The notes below the pieces were generated by a model. It did not search any database and was not told where the DNA came from. It was given only the letters and a program-made list of their open reading frames with translations. Shown here in pieces: positions 48,077 to 58,178 of a stretch of DNA of 64,000 bases. Positions within the stretch are counted from its first letter, which is position 1; the number at the start of each line of letters is the position of its first letter. Source of the DNA: an uncultured bacterium (GTDB taxonomy: Bacteria; Verrucomicrobiota; Verrucomicrobiia; Verrucomicrobiales; V1-33); NCBI GenBank assembly GCA_903936775.1, contig CAIZWU010000181.1, positions 163 to 64,162 of the forward strand, read 5' to 3'. The position numbers were made by a program, and so were the translations under genes.

Positions 48077-48134
48077 CGGATGACTTAGACGCGTCATTTC
48101 CGGCTGTCAAACCGGCACGCAGGCGGGAGGCCGG

Positions 48135-48890
48135 TCAAAAGGAGACGGCGAGGGCGACGCCGCCAAACATTTCGGCGTCCTGATCCGCGTCAAGGACTTC
48201 CAACGGCAGATTTGCGGCGATGTAGGGCGTAAGGGTGGCCGTCTCAGTCAGTTTGAGCGGCAAACCGAGCGTCAACAGCACGTGGGTGAAGCCATCTTCC
48301 TCATAATAATTGGAACTGTATCCCACCGCGACCGATGGCTCGAGGGCGGCCCTCTCACACAGTTCAAAAGACGCCCCCACGGACGCTTCCAGATAGGTGC
48401 CATCGCGGTCGAAATTATACGCGGCGAGGACGCCCACATCAAAAATACCCAGGGTCTTCGCCACGCCGAGGGAGGCTTCATGTTCGTCATCGACGCCTTC
48501 ATTGCCGCCCCAGGAACCGCGCGGATAAATATACCCCGCATAACCACCGGTGAATTCGGCGAAGCCGGCATCGTAGGTCAGGGAGGCGAGCAGATCGAGC
48601 TCGGTGTAGTCATCGTCGATCCCGCTGAGATACCACGGAGTCAGGTTCAGACTCAGGTTTCCGGCGAGGGCAATATCGATGGAAACCTGGCCCCAGACGA
48701 CCTGTTCGAAAAGCGTTTCCCCACGGAAGATATAAAAAGTGTCGTAACCGAGGCTGACTTCAGCAGTGACCGGCGATTCCGGTTCTGCAGGCGGCACGGC
48801 TGCCGGGACCACGGGACTGCCGGCGAAGGAAGGCCCCGCCACGGGCAGTAGGACGGCGGTGATGAGCGAAGCGATGGATGGTTTTTTCAT
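48135..48890 (-). CDS. Putative outer-membrane beta-barrel protein (Gcw_chp/porin-like)
   Basis: Signal peptide, alternating hydrophobic beta-strand pattern, aromatic girdles, and a terminal ...GGVALAVSF (C-terminal Phe typical of OMPs). Confidence 0.6.
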   Translation of the reverse strand: MKKPSIASLITAVLLPVAGPSFAGSPVVPAAVPPAEPESPVTAEVSLGYDTFYIFRGETLFEQVVWGQVSIDIALAGNLSLNLTPWYLSGIDDDYTELDLLASLTYDAGFAEFTGGYAGYIYPRGSWGGNEGVDDEHEASLGVAKTLGIFDVGVLAAYNFDRDGTYLEASVGASFELCERAALEPSVAVGYSSNYYEEDGFTHVLLTLGLPLKLTETATLTPYIAANLPLEVLDADQDAEMFGGVALAVSF

Positions 48891-48903
48891 GGCTGATTTT
48901 GGG

Positions 48904-49605
48904 TTACGGCCGGCGGCGGCGCTGCAGGCAGAGGGCTGCGCCCACCGCCAGCATTACCGTGGTGCCCGGCTCGGGGATAGGGGCGATGACAAGGGCGGTT
49001 TGCAGGGTGAAACTGGTGGGCGTGCTTCCGTAGCTACCGGGGCCCTGAAGGTCATTCAGTCCGCCGAAGACGACGGTGTCTGCATTGGACAGGCGCCACG
49101 CCCGGGTCGTCGCGAGCGTATCGCCCAGCCCGGCGGTGAGTTGCCAGTCCGTGTCCTGAGTGGTGCCATTTCCGGTCACCAGGGCCCACTGGGTGGTAGT
49201 GTCGATTGTTTTGCCGCTGAAGGCCCAGACGTAGACCTGCTCACCCGGCGAGAACAGCAGCGGGTTCGAAAGGGGCGCGCTTTCATCACCGGTCTGGTCC
49301 CGCTCCCAGATCAGATTGGGACCGCTGGCGGTGAGAAGGGAATTTTCCGCGGCATACTGCAGCGGCGCGTTGAAATCACCCTGTTCGATCAGCCTCCACT
49401 TCCCTTCCCAAAGCGCCGTGTTGGTGGCATCGGGGGTAAACCCAGTCTCAAAGGTGCCCAGCTCAAACTGGTAGGATGCGGTGATCGCGGTGCCACCGGC
49501 AGTGTAAAGCTGGTCCGCCACCGCACTCCCCCAATCAATACTGCCCGCCATGCCGGGACTGCTCAGGGCAAGGCAGCAGGGAATGAAGAAGAGATGCAGT
49601 TTCAT
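48904..49605 (-). CDS. PEP-CTERM-anchored hypothetical surface protein
   Basis: Signal peptide from the ATG at 49605. The C-terminus is PIPEPGTTVMLAVGAALCLQRRRRP (PEP motif, TM helix, Arg cluster). Confidence 0.75.
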   Translation of the reverse strand: MKLHLFFIPCCLALSSPGMAGSIDWGSAVADQLYTAGGTAITASYQFELGTFETGFTPDATNTALWEGKWRLIEQGDFNAPLQYAAENSLLTASGPNLIWERDQTGDESAPLSNPLLFSPGEQVYVWAFSGKTIDTTTQWALVTGNGTTQDTDWQLTAGLGDTLATTRAWRLSNADTVVFGGLNDLQGPGSYGSTPTSFTLQTALVIAPIPEPGTTVMLAVGAALCLQRRRRP

Positions 49606-49739
49606 TATTTTACTCATTATGATAATTAAAACCAAGTCAAAGCCAACTGATATTTTTGCCATCCAAATCTTTTTACCCTCTGCGAAAGGAAAGCTCACCC
49701 CCGGTTGCAGGCCAGCCTCCGTGCGGTAACAAATGAGCC

Positions 49740-50105
49740 ATGGGCTTTTCCAGCTTTACCCTCCTGAAATTTCTCCTCAGCGCGGTGCTCATCACCGGCG
49801 TCACTGAAATGGTGAAACGCAGTGACAAGCTGGGAGCACTCCTCGCCAGCCTGCCCTTTGTGACGGTGATTTCCATGATCTGGATCTACCACGAAACGCC
49901 CGCGGAAACCCGGATCGCCAAAGTATCCACCCATGCCCAACTCGTCTTTTGGTATGTGTTGCCGACGCTGCCAATGTTTCTGCTTTTCCCCTGGCTGGCA
50001 CGGCAGCTTGGCTTCTACGGAGCACTGGGAGCGGGAGCCGGTCTCACGTTGGTGCTCTTCGCCCTGACCCGGTGGATCATGGGACGTTATGGGGTGACGC
50101 TGTAA
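49740..50105 (+). CDS. DUF3147-family small membrane protein
   Basis: 121 aa with 4 helices. The pattern LLKFLLSAVLITGVTEMVKRSDKLGALLASLPFV..ISMIWIY matches my recollection of DUF3147. Confidence 0.55.
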   Translation: MGFSSFTLLKFLLSAVLITGVTEMVKRSDKLGALLASLPFVTVISMIWIYHETPAETRIAKVSTHAQLVFWYVLPTLPMFLLFPWLARQLGFYGALGAGAGLTLVLFALTRWIMGRYGVTL

Positions 50106-50268
50106 CCGGACCGTGGCCGGGATCAAATGGCATGTGCCTGGCGGGCCTGCTCTGGGACGGACGTCCCATCGCCATTGATGGCAAATCCCTGCCCCGGGAC
50201 ATGGCCAGTTCAGGCTGTTCCAAGGTGGGCACCCCGTGGTATAAGTGGCGGGAACAGCCGGACGCCCT

Positions 50269-51291
50269 ATGCTCATGAGAAGACTTGCCTGCCTCCTTTT
50301 ACTGATGGCCATGGCTCTTTGCCCGGGCACGGAGTTGCCCCGTCTGTGTGTTCTGACGGATATCGGGGGCGATCCCGATGACCGCCAGTCCCTGATCCGG
50401 CTGATGGTCTATGCCAATGAATTCAAGATCGAGGGACTGGTTGCCAGTGCCGCCGGCACGCCCGGCGAGCTGAAAAAATCCATCACCCGGCCAGAGTTGA
50501 TCCAGGAAATAGTGGAAGCCTACGGGAAGGTCCGGCCCCAGCTCGCCCGGCACGCGGAAGGCTGGCCGGAAACCTCGGACCTGGCCAGGAAAATCAAGTC
50601 AGGAAACCCGCATCGCGGCCGTTCCTTCATCGGGGAAGGGCACGATACCGAGGGCTCGCAGTGGCTGATCGGGCGTATTGATGAGGGTACCCCGGAGCAT
50701 CCACTGAATATCTCCATCTGGGGTGGCCAGACCGATCTGGCGCAGGCGCTCTGGCGGGTGAAAACGACGAGAAGCGGGGCAGATTTCACGGATTTCACCA
50801 AACGTTTCCGGGTCTATGATATCGCGGACCAGGATGGCATCGCGGCTTGGATGCGCACGGAATTCCCCGGCATGTCTTATATTCTCAGCAACTCCCCCCC
50901 GGGCCGCGACCGCCGCGAGGCGACCTTCCGCGGCATGTATCTGGGCGGCAATGAGTTCCTGACTTCGGAAGCCTGGATCGAACGGAACATCCGCTGCAAG
51001 GGACCACTGGGCGCACTGTATCCCATCAAAACGGCGACCGCGCCCAACCCTCACGGATGCCTGAAGGAAGGCGATACGCCATCCTGGTTCTTCTTCCTGC
51101 CAGCAGGTGGCAATGATCCTGCCGATCCCACCAAGCCGGGCTGGGGTGGGCAATTCACCAGAGAGGCCGATGGGTGGTATCGCGATCTCCCCTTCACCCC
51201 GGAGCAGGATCCCCGTTCCCTGGTGCACCGCTGGCGACGCGATTTTCAGGCGGATTTCGCGCACCGCATGGCTTGGTGCATGGCAGAGTGA
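50269..51291 (+). CDS. DUF1593 (nucleoside-hydrolase-like) domain protein, secreted
   Basis: Signal peptide and VLTDIGGDPDDRQSLIRLMVYANEFKIEGLVASA, the hallmark N-terminal DUF1593 motif. Confidence 0.6.
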   Translation: MLMRRLACLLLLMAMALCPGTELPRLCVLTDIGGDPDDRQSLIRLMVYANEFKIEGLVASAAGTPGELKKSITRPELIQEIVEAYGKVRPQLARHAEGWPETSDLARKIKSGNPHRGRSFIGEGHDTEGSQWLIGRIDEGTPEHPLNISIWGGQTDLAQALWRVKTTRSGADFTDFTKRFRVYDIADQDGIAAWMRTEFPGMSYILSNSPPGRDRREATFRGMYLGGNEFLTSEAWIERNIRCKGPLGALYPIKTATAPNPHGCLKEGDTPSWFFFLPAGGNDPADPTKPGWGGQFTREADGWYRDLPFTPEQDPRSLVHRWRRDFQADFAHRMAWCMAE

Positions 51292-51407
51292 ATCCCCGCC
51301 CACCGTTATCGGAAGTATGCGAAAGAGGCGGCTCCGTGGCCGCGCATAATACTGGATCTTCCGCCGTCCCTCCTATTTGATGGGGCGGTATCGATTTCCA
51401 TTCCATC

Positions 51408-52202
51408 ATGCGTCTCTCCCAAAAAGTCATTCTCATCACCGGCAGTGCCACCGGCATCGGCAAAGCGATCGCCCAGCGTTGCGTCCGCGAAGGCGCGAAG
51501 GTTATTATCCACGGACTGGAAGCCGATCTGGCCGCCGTGGTGGCCGCTGAGCTGGGGCCGGATCACGCGGTTTTCCATGTGGAGGATCTCACCAACGAGG
51601 GCTGTCCTCAGCGTCTGGTCGATCTTGCGCTCACCCGCTTTGGCCGGCTGGATGCCGTGGTGAACAATGCCGCGCTGGTCGCCCAGGGCAACATTCACAC
51701 CACCGATGCCGCGTGGTTCATGAAAATGTTGTCCGTCAACACCCTCGCACCATTCCTGCTGATCCAGGCAGCCCTGCCCCACCTCCGTGCGGTGCGGGGC
51801 AATGTGTTGAACATCGGCAGCGTCAATGCCTGGAGCGGCGAACCCAACCTGTTGCCCTACTCCGTCTCCAAAGGCGCCCTCATGACCCTGACCAGAAACC
51901 TCGGCGACACCCTCATGCGGGAGGATGGGGTCAGGGTGAACCAGATCAACCCCGGCTGGGTCCTGACCGAAAACGAGGCCAAACGGAAACGCGACCACGG
52001 GCTGCGGGACGATTGGTATGCCGACCTTCCCAAAGTTTACGCCCCCTCCGGCCGCATCCTCCTGCCGGAGGAAATCGCTGCGGCCGCCGTCTACTGGCTG
52101 GCCGACGAATGCGGTCCCGTCAGTGGACAGGTGGTCGATCTGGAACAGCATCCCTTCATCGGCCGGAACCCCCCAAAAGACACCACCACCATTCCCTCAT
52201 GA
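51408..52202 (+). CDS. SDR-family oxidoreductase
   Basis: TGSATGIGKAIA (TGxxxGIG), NNAA, and the catalytic S...YSVSK triad. Confidence 0.88.
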   Translation: MRLSQKVILITGSATGIGKAIAQRCVREGAKVIIHGLEADLAAVVAAELGPDHAVFHVEDLTNEGCPQRLVDLALTRFGRLDAVVNNAALVAQGNIHTTDAAWFMKMLSVNTLAPFLLIQAALPHLRAVRGNVLNIGSVNAWSGEPNLLPYSVSKGALMTLTRNLGDTLMREDGVRVNQINPGWVLTENEAKRKRDHGLRDDWYADLPKVYAPSGRILLPEEIAAAAVYWLADECGPVSGQVVDLEQHPFIGRNPPKDTTTIPS

Positions 52203-53122
52203 CGCCCGCCCTTCCCCTCATTGCCGCCCTCGAAGCCGGCGGCACCAAGTTCAACCTCGCCCTCGGCACCGGACCCGATGACCTGCGCGCCACGGTCCGC
52301 ATCCCCACCACCACACCCCGGGAGACCATGGATGCAGTGCTGCAGTGGCTCGGAGAGGCCGCCCGGGAACATGGGGCCTTCCAGGCCATCGGAGTCGGCT
52401 CCTTCGGCCCGTTGGAGCTGGACCCCGCCCGCCCCGCTTACGGTTATATCACCTCCACCCCCAAGCCCGGCTGGCAGCAGACCGATGTCGTCGGTCCCCT
52501 GCGCGCCCGGTTTGGCGTGCCGGTGGGCTTTGACACGGATGTGAATGCGGCTGCCCTCAGCGAGTCTCTCTGGGGTGCCGGGCAAGGCATCGATCCACTG
52601 GTTTACCTCACCATCGGCACAGGGGTCGGCGGGGGGGCTATTATCCACGGCCGTCCCCTGCATGGCCTGCTGCATCCCGAGATGGGTCACCTTCAAGTCC
52701 CCGTTCCTGCCACTCCAGGCGTGGTGGATTCCCGCTGCCAATGCCCCTTCCATGACGCCTGCCTGGAAGGTTATGTCAGTGGCCCGGCCATTGCCGCCCG
52801 GTGGGGGGCCCGGGCCGAAACCCTGCCCGCCGGGCATCCCGCCTGGACGGATGTGGCCGAAACCCTCGCACGGGGTCTGGTCAGCATTATCACCACCCTG
52901 GCGCCGCGCCGCATCATTCTCGGTGGCGGCGTGATGGAGGGTCCTGGTCTGCTGCCAGCCGTGCGCACCGCGGTGCTGCGCCAGTTGAATGGCTACCTGC
53001 AAGTTCCCGCCCTGCTCGAGGAGGTTGACCACTATCTGGTATCTCCCGGACTGGGCGACCGCGCCGGAGTACTCGGCGCCATCGCCCTCGGGCAACAGGC
53101 CCTCGCCCTTTCCATTCGTTGA
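52199..53122 (+). CDS. ROK-family sugar kinase (fructokinase/Mak-like)
   Basis: The ATG at 52199 overlaps the SDR stop (ATGA). Motifs are ALEAGGTKF, LTIGTGVGGGAI, HPEMGH and the Cys-rich CQCPFHDACLEGYVSG. The long upstream part of the tracked ORF overlaps the SDR in another frame and is discounted. Confidence 0.8.
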   Translation: MTPALPLIAALEAGGTKFNLALGTGPDDLRATVRIPTTTPRETMDAVLQWLGEAAREHGAFQAIGVGSFGPLELDPARPAYGYITSTPKPGWQQTDVVGPLRARFGVPVGFDTDVNAAALSESLWGAGQGIDPLVYLTIGTGVGGGAIIHGRPLHGLLHPEMGHLQVPVPATPGVVDSRCQCPFHDACLEGYVSGPAIAARWGARAETLPAGHPAWTDVAETLARGLVSIITTLAPRRIILGGGVMEGPGLLPAVRTAVLRQLNGYLQVPALLEEVDHYLVSPGLGDRAGVLGAIALGQQALALSIR

Positions 53123-53175
53123 ACCCTGCGTCAACGGAACCGCTTCCACCTCTCCCCTCTGACAAATTCCCCGCC

Positions 53176-54069
53176 ATGCCCCGCCTCGCCGCCTTCCCCA
53201 AAGCCTTCATGCAGGCCCTCTGCAAAGAAGGCACCATGTCCGTCTCCGACTGGATCCAACTCGCCGCGCCGCTCGAGATCCAAGGCCTCGAATGGTATGC
53301 CGGTTTCCTTGAAATGGCGGACGAATCCAACTGGTCACGGTTCCGCCGCGAAGTCGAAGCCACCGGCAAAGTCATCCCAATGATGTGCTGCTCCCCGGAT
53401 TTCACCCATCCGGACCCCGCCTTCCGCGCCATCGAAATCGCCAAACAGAAACGCTGGATCGACATGACCCACATCCTCGGCGGGCAATACTGCCGCGTCC
53501 TCAGCGGCCAGCGCCGTCCGGGCCTGACCATTGATGAAGGCGTGAAATTCGCCGCCGATTCCATCACCGCCTGTCTCCCGCACGCCGCCAATCTCGGCAT
53601 CACCCTCATCCTCGAAAATCACTACAAGGACGACTTCTGGGACTACCCCGAGTTCGCCCAAAAAATGGATGTCTTCTGCCAACTGGTCGATGCGGTACAG
53701 CATCCGAATTTCGGAGTGAACTACGATCCCAGCAATACTTACCTGGCAGGCGAAGATCCGATCGAACTCCTCAAGCGCGTCTCCTCCCGCGTCGTCACCA
53801 TGCACGCCAGTGACCGCTATCTGGCCGAGGGCACCCTCGAAGATCTCCGCCGTGAGGAAGGCGGTGCCATGGGATATGCCAAGCGCCTCCGCCACGGCGA
53901 AATCGGCCAGGGCCTCAACGACTACGATGCCATCTTCACCGAACTGAAGCGCGTCGGGTTCGACGGCTGGATCAGCATCGAGGACGGCGTCGACGGCATG
54001 GACCAACTCGCCCGCAGCGTCGGCTTCCTGAGACAAAAGATCGCCCAGTATTGGCCGGGAGATGCCTGA
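53176..54069 (+). CDS. Sugar phosphate isomerase/epimerase (xylose-isomerase-like TIM barrel)
   Basis: The pattern of the AP_endonuc_2 fold is present: ITLILENH, NFGVNYDPSN, and WISIED metal-ligand contexts. Confidence 0.72.
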   Translation: MPRLAAFPKAFMQALCKEGTMSVSDWIQLAAPLEIQGLEWYAGFLEMADESNWSRFRREVEATGKVIPMMCCSPDFTHPDPAFRAIEIAKQKRWIDMTHILGGQYCRVLSGQRRPGLTIDEGVKFAADSITACLPHAANLGITLILENHYKDDFWDYPEFAQKMDVFCQLVDAVQHPNFGVNYDPSNTYLAGEDPIELLKRVSSRVVTMHASDRYLAEGTLEDLRREEGGAMGYAKRLRHGEIGQGLNDYDAIFTELKRVGFDGWISIEDGVDGMDQLARSVGFLRQKIAQYWPGDA

Positions 54070-54117
54070 TCCAACCAAACCACGGCATCGGCAGGCGGCG
54101 GGGCTTTCTGTTTGATC

Positions 54118-55398
54118 TTACCGGCTCCCCGGCTGGCCGGGGGAAACCAACGGCCGGCCGAGGGTGGCTTCTGCAAAGATGGGGGCGGCGATTTCTGCGG
54201 AGGAGAGCGGCAGATAGGCATTGCTGGCGGCGCTGAGCCGGTCGGCCAGCAGATCATCCTGACAACCCAGAATCACCGGCAGGGGAGCGGTGGGGCGGCG
54301 CTGGTCGGTGAGACTGCGGGCGCGGAGGGCTATCTCGAGATTGGTGCCGTCGGCGGAGGTCACGGCGATGACGGCCCGGGCGCGGTCGATGCCGGCCCGG
54401 AGCAGCATCTCCGCGCTGGTGGCGTCGCCTTCGATTACAGGCACCCCGTGCAGGATGGCGACCCCCTCCATCCGGGTGCGGTCCTGTTCGATGCATACCG
54501 CGGAAATTCCGCGTTCCTGGAGAGCCCGGAGCACGGCAAAGCCCAAGGAGCCCATGCCGGCAACGATGACGTGCCGGCGCCGTTGGCGGGCCGCGCGCTC
54601 ATGCTGCTGGCGGGTGGCCTCCCCGGTGATGAGATAGTGACTGAAGAGGGAAACGAGCAGGGCGATGAGAGTGATGCCCGCCAGCATGAGGATCATGCCG
54701 AAGCCCTTCAGCAGAGCGGGGTCGTGCTGCAGATGATAGTCTCCAAAGCCCACTGTGGTGAGGATGCTCACCGTGAAGTAGGTGGCATCGGTCCACGGCA
54801 TGCCCTTGGCATGATGAAAAACCAGGGTCCCGGTGACGAGGCAGGCGACCAGAAGCACCAGGACCAACATCAGCAAAGAGGGCCGCCGCGGACCGGTGGA
54901 GCGGCGCGGACCGGCGGAAGGAACCTCTGCCAGGGAAGCCTCCAGCGCGGCATTCACAAAATGCGCCCCGGAGAGATCGGCAGGGCACAGCGCGGCATGA
55001 AGATCGAAATCATGCTGCAGCCGGTGACCGAGATGCGGCGCGTCCACCCGCGTCACCATCCGGAGTTGCGGAGCCAGCCGCTTTACCCGGATGGAGGTCT
55101 CGAGATTCCGGCTGTCATCAGCACTGGTGATAGCGGCAGCCTGACATTCCAAGACCCCGGCGGCGGTCCAGATGGCCGGATCCCGGAAGTCACCGGTGAA
55201 GAGTTCGGCCCCGGCTTCGCGGGCCGTCCTCACGTGCCACGCGGGACAGCTCAATTCCGTAATGACCCGCACGCGGCACCCCTGCCCCAGCAGGAGCTGC
55301 ACCATACGCAGGCCGAGACGCCCGAGGCCGGCCACGATAATCGGGCGTCGGTCGGCCGGGCCTGGCAGGGGCGTGGAATGGGGAGGCGGGGTGGTCAT
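54118..55398 (-). CDS. Potassium channel with RCK/TrkA-N domains on both sides of a 2-TM pore
   Basis: Rossmann motifs IIVAGLGRLG and VIVAGMGSLG flank a pore region with the selectivity filter TTVGFGDY. The start ATG overlaps the ATPase stop (ATGA). Confidence 0.85.
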   Translation of the reverse strand: MTTPPPHSTPLPGPADRRPIIVAGLGRLGLRMVQLLLGQGCRVRVITELSCPAWHVRTAREAGAELFTGDFRDPAIWTAAGVLECQAAAITSADDSRNLETSIRVKRLAPQLRMVTRVDAPHLGHRLQHDFDLHAALCPADLSGAHFVNAALEASLAEVPSAGPRRSTGPRRPSLLMLVLVLLVACLVTGTLVFHHAKGMPWTDATYFTVSILTTVGFGDYHLQHDPALLKGFGMILMLAGITLIALLVSLFSHYLITGEATRQQHERAARQRRRHVIVAGMGSLGFAVLRALQERGISAVCIEQDRTRMEGVAILHGVPVIEGDATSAEMLLRAGIDRARAVIAVTSADGTNLEIALRARSLTDQRRPTAPLPVILGCQDDLLADRLSAASNAYLPLSSAEIAAPIFAEATLGRPLVSPGQPGSR

Positions 55399-58157
55399 GG
55401 ATCGGCCCTTTGGTTGGCATGTCTTCTGGCGAAGTATTTCCGGATCTCCTCCAACCATAACACCAGACTGGCAACCGCCCCGATCAGCAGCATGTAAGGC
55501 CAGGGGATGGGGACGGTGTGGAACAGGCGGTTCATGGGCGCAGTAAAAATGACAAGGAAGTGCAGGATATTCCCCATCATCAGACCACCTAACAGCCAAT
55601 AGTTTTTCAGAAACCCAAGGTTCAAAGCCGACTTCAGCTCACTGCGGCAGTTGAGCACGTTGAACCACTGGCTGACGGCCAATACGGTGAAGGTCTCGCT
55701 CCTGACCTGTTCCAACGACGCCCCGGTGGACAACCTCCAGACGAAATAACCAAAGACAGAAATCACCGAGCCGGCAGCCATCACCGCCATGCGTTGGAGC
55801 ATCAGGCGGTTGACGAGGGGCTCCCCGCCCGGAGTCGGAGGCCGGCCCATCTCATGTCCTTCTTTTTCCTCCATGACCAGATTCACGGTGAGCACTCCTT
55901 CCGTCACGATATTGATCCAGAGGATCTGCACGGCGACCAATGGCAGCGGGTATCCCAACAGCAGGGCGGCCAGCAGGATGACCACTTCATCGATGGAGGT
56001 CGTGAAAAGAAAGAGCACCACCTTTCTCAGATTCTGGTAAACCAGACGACCCTCCTCGACGGCCTTCACGATGGTGGCAAAATTGTCATCACTGATGATG
56101 ATCTTGGCGGCCCCTTTGGCAACCTCCGTGCCCGTGATCCCCATCGCCACACCGACATCAGCGCGGGCCAAAGCAGGGGCATCGTTGACGCCGTCGCCGG
56201 TCATGGCCACGACTTTATTCTGCGATTGGAACGCCTCCACAATGCGCAGTTTCTGGGCGGGATGCACCCGGGCGAACACGGAGATGCGGTCGAGGTCTGC
56301 CCGCAGATCCTGTTCCGGCATGGCTTCCAGCTCGCGGCCGTCCACCGCAAGATCCCCGTCCCGTGCGATACCAAGCAATCGGGCGATGGCCAGGCCGGTG
56401 ACTTTGTGGTCACCGGTGACCATGACCGGACGGATTCCCGCGTCGCGGCACTCGGCCACCGCGGCTTTCACCTCGTCCCGCGGCGGATCCATCTGGCCAA
56501 CCAGTCCAAGGAAAGTGATCTGGTCCTGGAACTGCCCAAATCCGGCGGCCTCATCCAGCACCCCATCGGCCAGTTCACCCACCGCGAGGAGACGCAGGGC
56601 GCGGGCTCCCATGGCATCCGCCGCCTCCCCAATCCTGCGGCGCTGGGCTTCATCCAAGGGCTGAAGCTGGTCGCCCGCCGGGACGGTCCCGCAGAGTTCG
56701 AGCACCATTTCCGGGGCTCCTTTGATGATGATCCGTCCCCGGTTGCCGTGGCCATGCTGGGTAGCCATCATCTTGGCAGCGGAGTCAAAGGGGATCTCCG
56801 CCCGGCGCGGCCACTGCTGACGCAGCGCGGAGAGGTCCACACAGCCCTTCAGCGCCAGGGTGAGAAGGGCGGTCTCCGTGGGATCGCCCAAGGGACGCCA
56901 GCGGGTTACATCGCGTTCCGGCGGCACCAATTGGGCGTCGTTGCAGAGGGCCACCGCCTCCAGCAGGGCCCGGACCGGGGCATCGCTGACGGGCACCGCC
57001 TGCCCGGCCTCCAACAGATCCCCCTCCGGAGCATAACCGGCGCCGGTGACCTCCAGCTGACGGCCACCGGGAAACCACAGCTCCGTCACCGTCATCTCAT
57101 TCTTCGTCAGGGTACCGGTCTTGTCCGAACAGATGATGCTGGTGGAGCCCAACGTTTCGACCGCCGCCAGACGCCGGACGATGGCCCCGTGCCTGGCCAT
57201 GCGCTGCATCCCGACGGACAGCGCGATGGTCATGGCCACGGGCAGGCCTTCCGGCACCATGGATACCATCTGACTGATCGCGATCATGAGGACTTCCCCA
57301 AAAGGCATACCACGCCCAAGGCCCAGGGCGATGACGAGCCCAAACAGCAACACCGCCGCGCCGACGAGGTAACGGCCGAACTGCTGAATGCGCAGTTCCA
57401 ACGGAGTCCGGGGTTCCACCGCCGCGGCCGTGAGACGGGCGATCTTGCCGACTTCCGTGGTCAGACCCGTCGCCACCACCACCGCCAGGCCACGGCCGGC
57501 CGCAATGTGGGTGCCGGAATAAACCATGTTCCGCCGGTCCGCCAGGAGGGTATCCCCAGCCAATGGCCCGGAGTGTTTGGCGACCGGCAGCGACTCTCCG
57601 GTGAGGGCAGCCTCAGCGGCTTCGAGGGCAGCAGCCTCGACAAGGCGGGCATCGGCGGCGACAGCGTCTCCGGCAGCCAACAACACCATATCGCCTATCA
57701 CAAGTTCAGCGGCCTTGATGATTTCCTCCCGGCCGCCTCGCCGCACCCGCACCATGAGCGCGGAAAGCTTGCGCAGGGAATCCATCGATCGTTCGGCCCG
57801 GCCCTCCTGGAAGGTGCCGATGAGGGCATTCATGAAGACCACCAACAGAATGACAAATGCATCGCCCCGGTGCTCCATCACCGCCGCGATTACCGCCGCC
57901 ACAAAAAGGATATAGATCAACGGACTGGCAAACTGCCCGAGAAAAAGGTTCCACCAAGGGCGGGGCTTGAGTTCCGGGAAGGCATTAGCCCCCCCCTTGG
58001 CCAAACGCTCCGCCGCTTCCCCGCAGGCCAGTCCTTGGGCAGGATCGGTCTCCAGCGAAAAGCAGATTTCCCCGGCAGAGGCCTGGTGCCATGGAGTGCT
58101 CGAAGGAATCATGGGGAGAAATCGTTCAAGGGAAGCCAGCCCGCTGTTCAGCGCCAT
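55395..58157 (-). CDS. Cation-transporting P-type ATPase (P2, Ca2+/Mg2+-type)
   Basis: TGES, the phosphorylation site ICSDKTGTLTKNEMTV, KGAPE, VTGDH and MTGDGVNDAPAL, with 10 TM-like segments. Confidence 0.92.
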   Translation of the reverse strand: MALNSGLASLERFLPMIPSSTPWHQASAGEICFSLETDPAQGLACGEAAERLAKGGANAFPELKPRPWWNLFLGQFASPLIYILFVAAVIAAVMEHRGDAFVILLVVFMNALIGTFQEGRAERSMDSLRKLSALMVRVRRGGREEIIKAAELVIGDMVLLAAGDAVAADARLVEAAALEAAEAALTGESLPVAKHSGPLAGDTLLADRRNMVYSGTHIAAGRGLAVVVATGLTTEVGKIARLTAAAVEPRTPLELRIQQFGRYLVGAAVLLFGLVIALGLGRGMPFGEVLMIAISQMVSMVPEGLPVAMTIALSVGMQRMARHGAIVRRLAAVETLGSTSIICSDKTGTLTKNEMTVTELWFPGGRQLEVTGAGYAPEGDLLEAGQAVPVSDAPVRALLEAVALCNDAQLVPPERDVTRWRPLGDPTETALLTLALKGCVDLSALRQQWPRRAEIPFDSAAKMMATQHGHGNRGRIIIKGAPEMVLELCGTVPAGDQLQPLDEAQRRRIGEAADAMGARALRLLAVGELADGVLDEAAGFGQFQDQITFLGLVGQMDPPRDEVKAAVAECRDAGIRPVMVTGDHKVTGLAIARLLGIARDGDLAVDGRELEAMPEQDLRADLDRISVFARVHPAQKLRIVEAFQSQNKVVAMTGDGVNDAPALARADVGVAMGITGTEVAKGAAKIIISDDNFATIVKAVEEGRLVYQNLRKVVLFLFTTSIDEVVILLAALLLGYPLPLVAVQILWINIVTEGVLTVNLVMEEKEGHEMGRPPTPGGEPLVNRLMLQRMAVMAAGSVISVFGYFVWRLSTGASLEQVRSETFTVLAVSQWFNVLNCRSELKSALNLGFLKNYWLLGGLMMGNILHFLVIFTAPMNRLFHTVPIPWPYMLLIGAVASLVLWLEEIRKYFARRHANQRADP

Positions 58158-58178
58158 GATACCGGCCCGCAGACCGGA

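Noticed and set aside
51713-52198. The long N-terminal part of the tracked 469-aa ORF 51713..53122.
   Set aside because: It overlaps the SDR gene in another frame and is Pro/Arg-rich. The ROK homology starts only at the ATG at 52199 (MTPALPLIAALEAGGTKF), which forms an ATGA overlap with the SDR stop.
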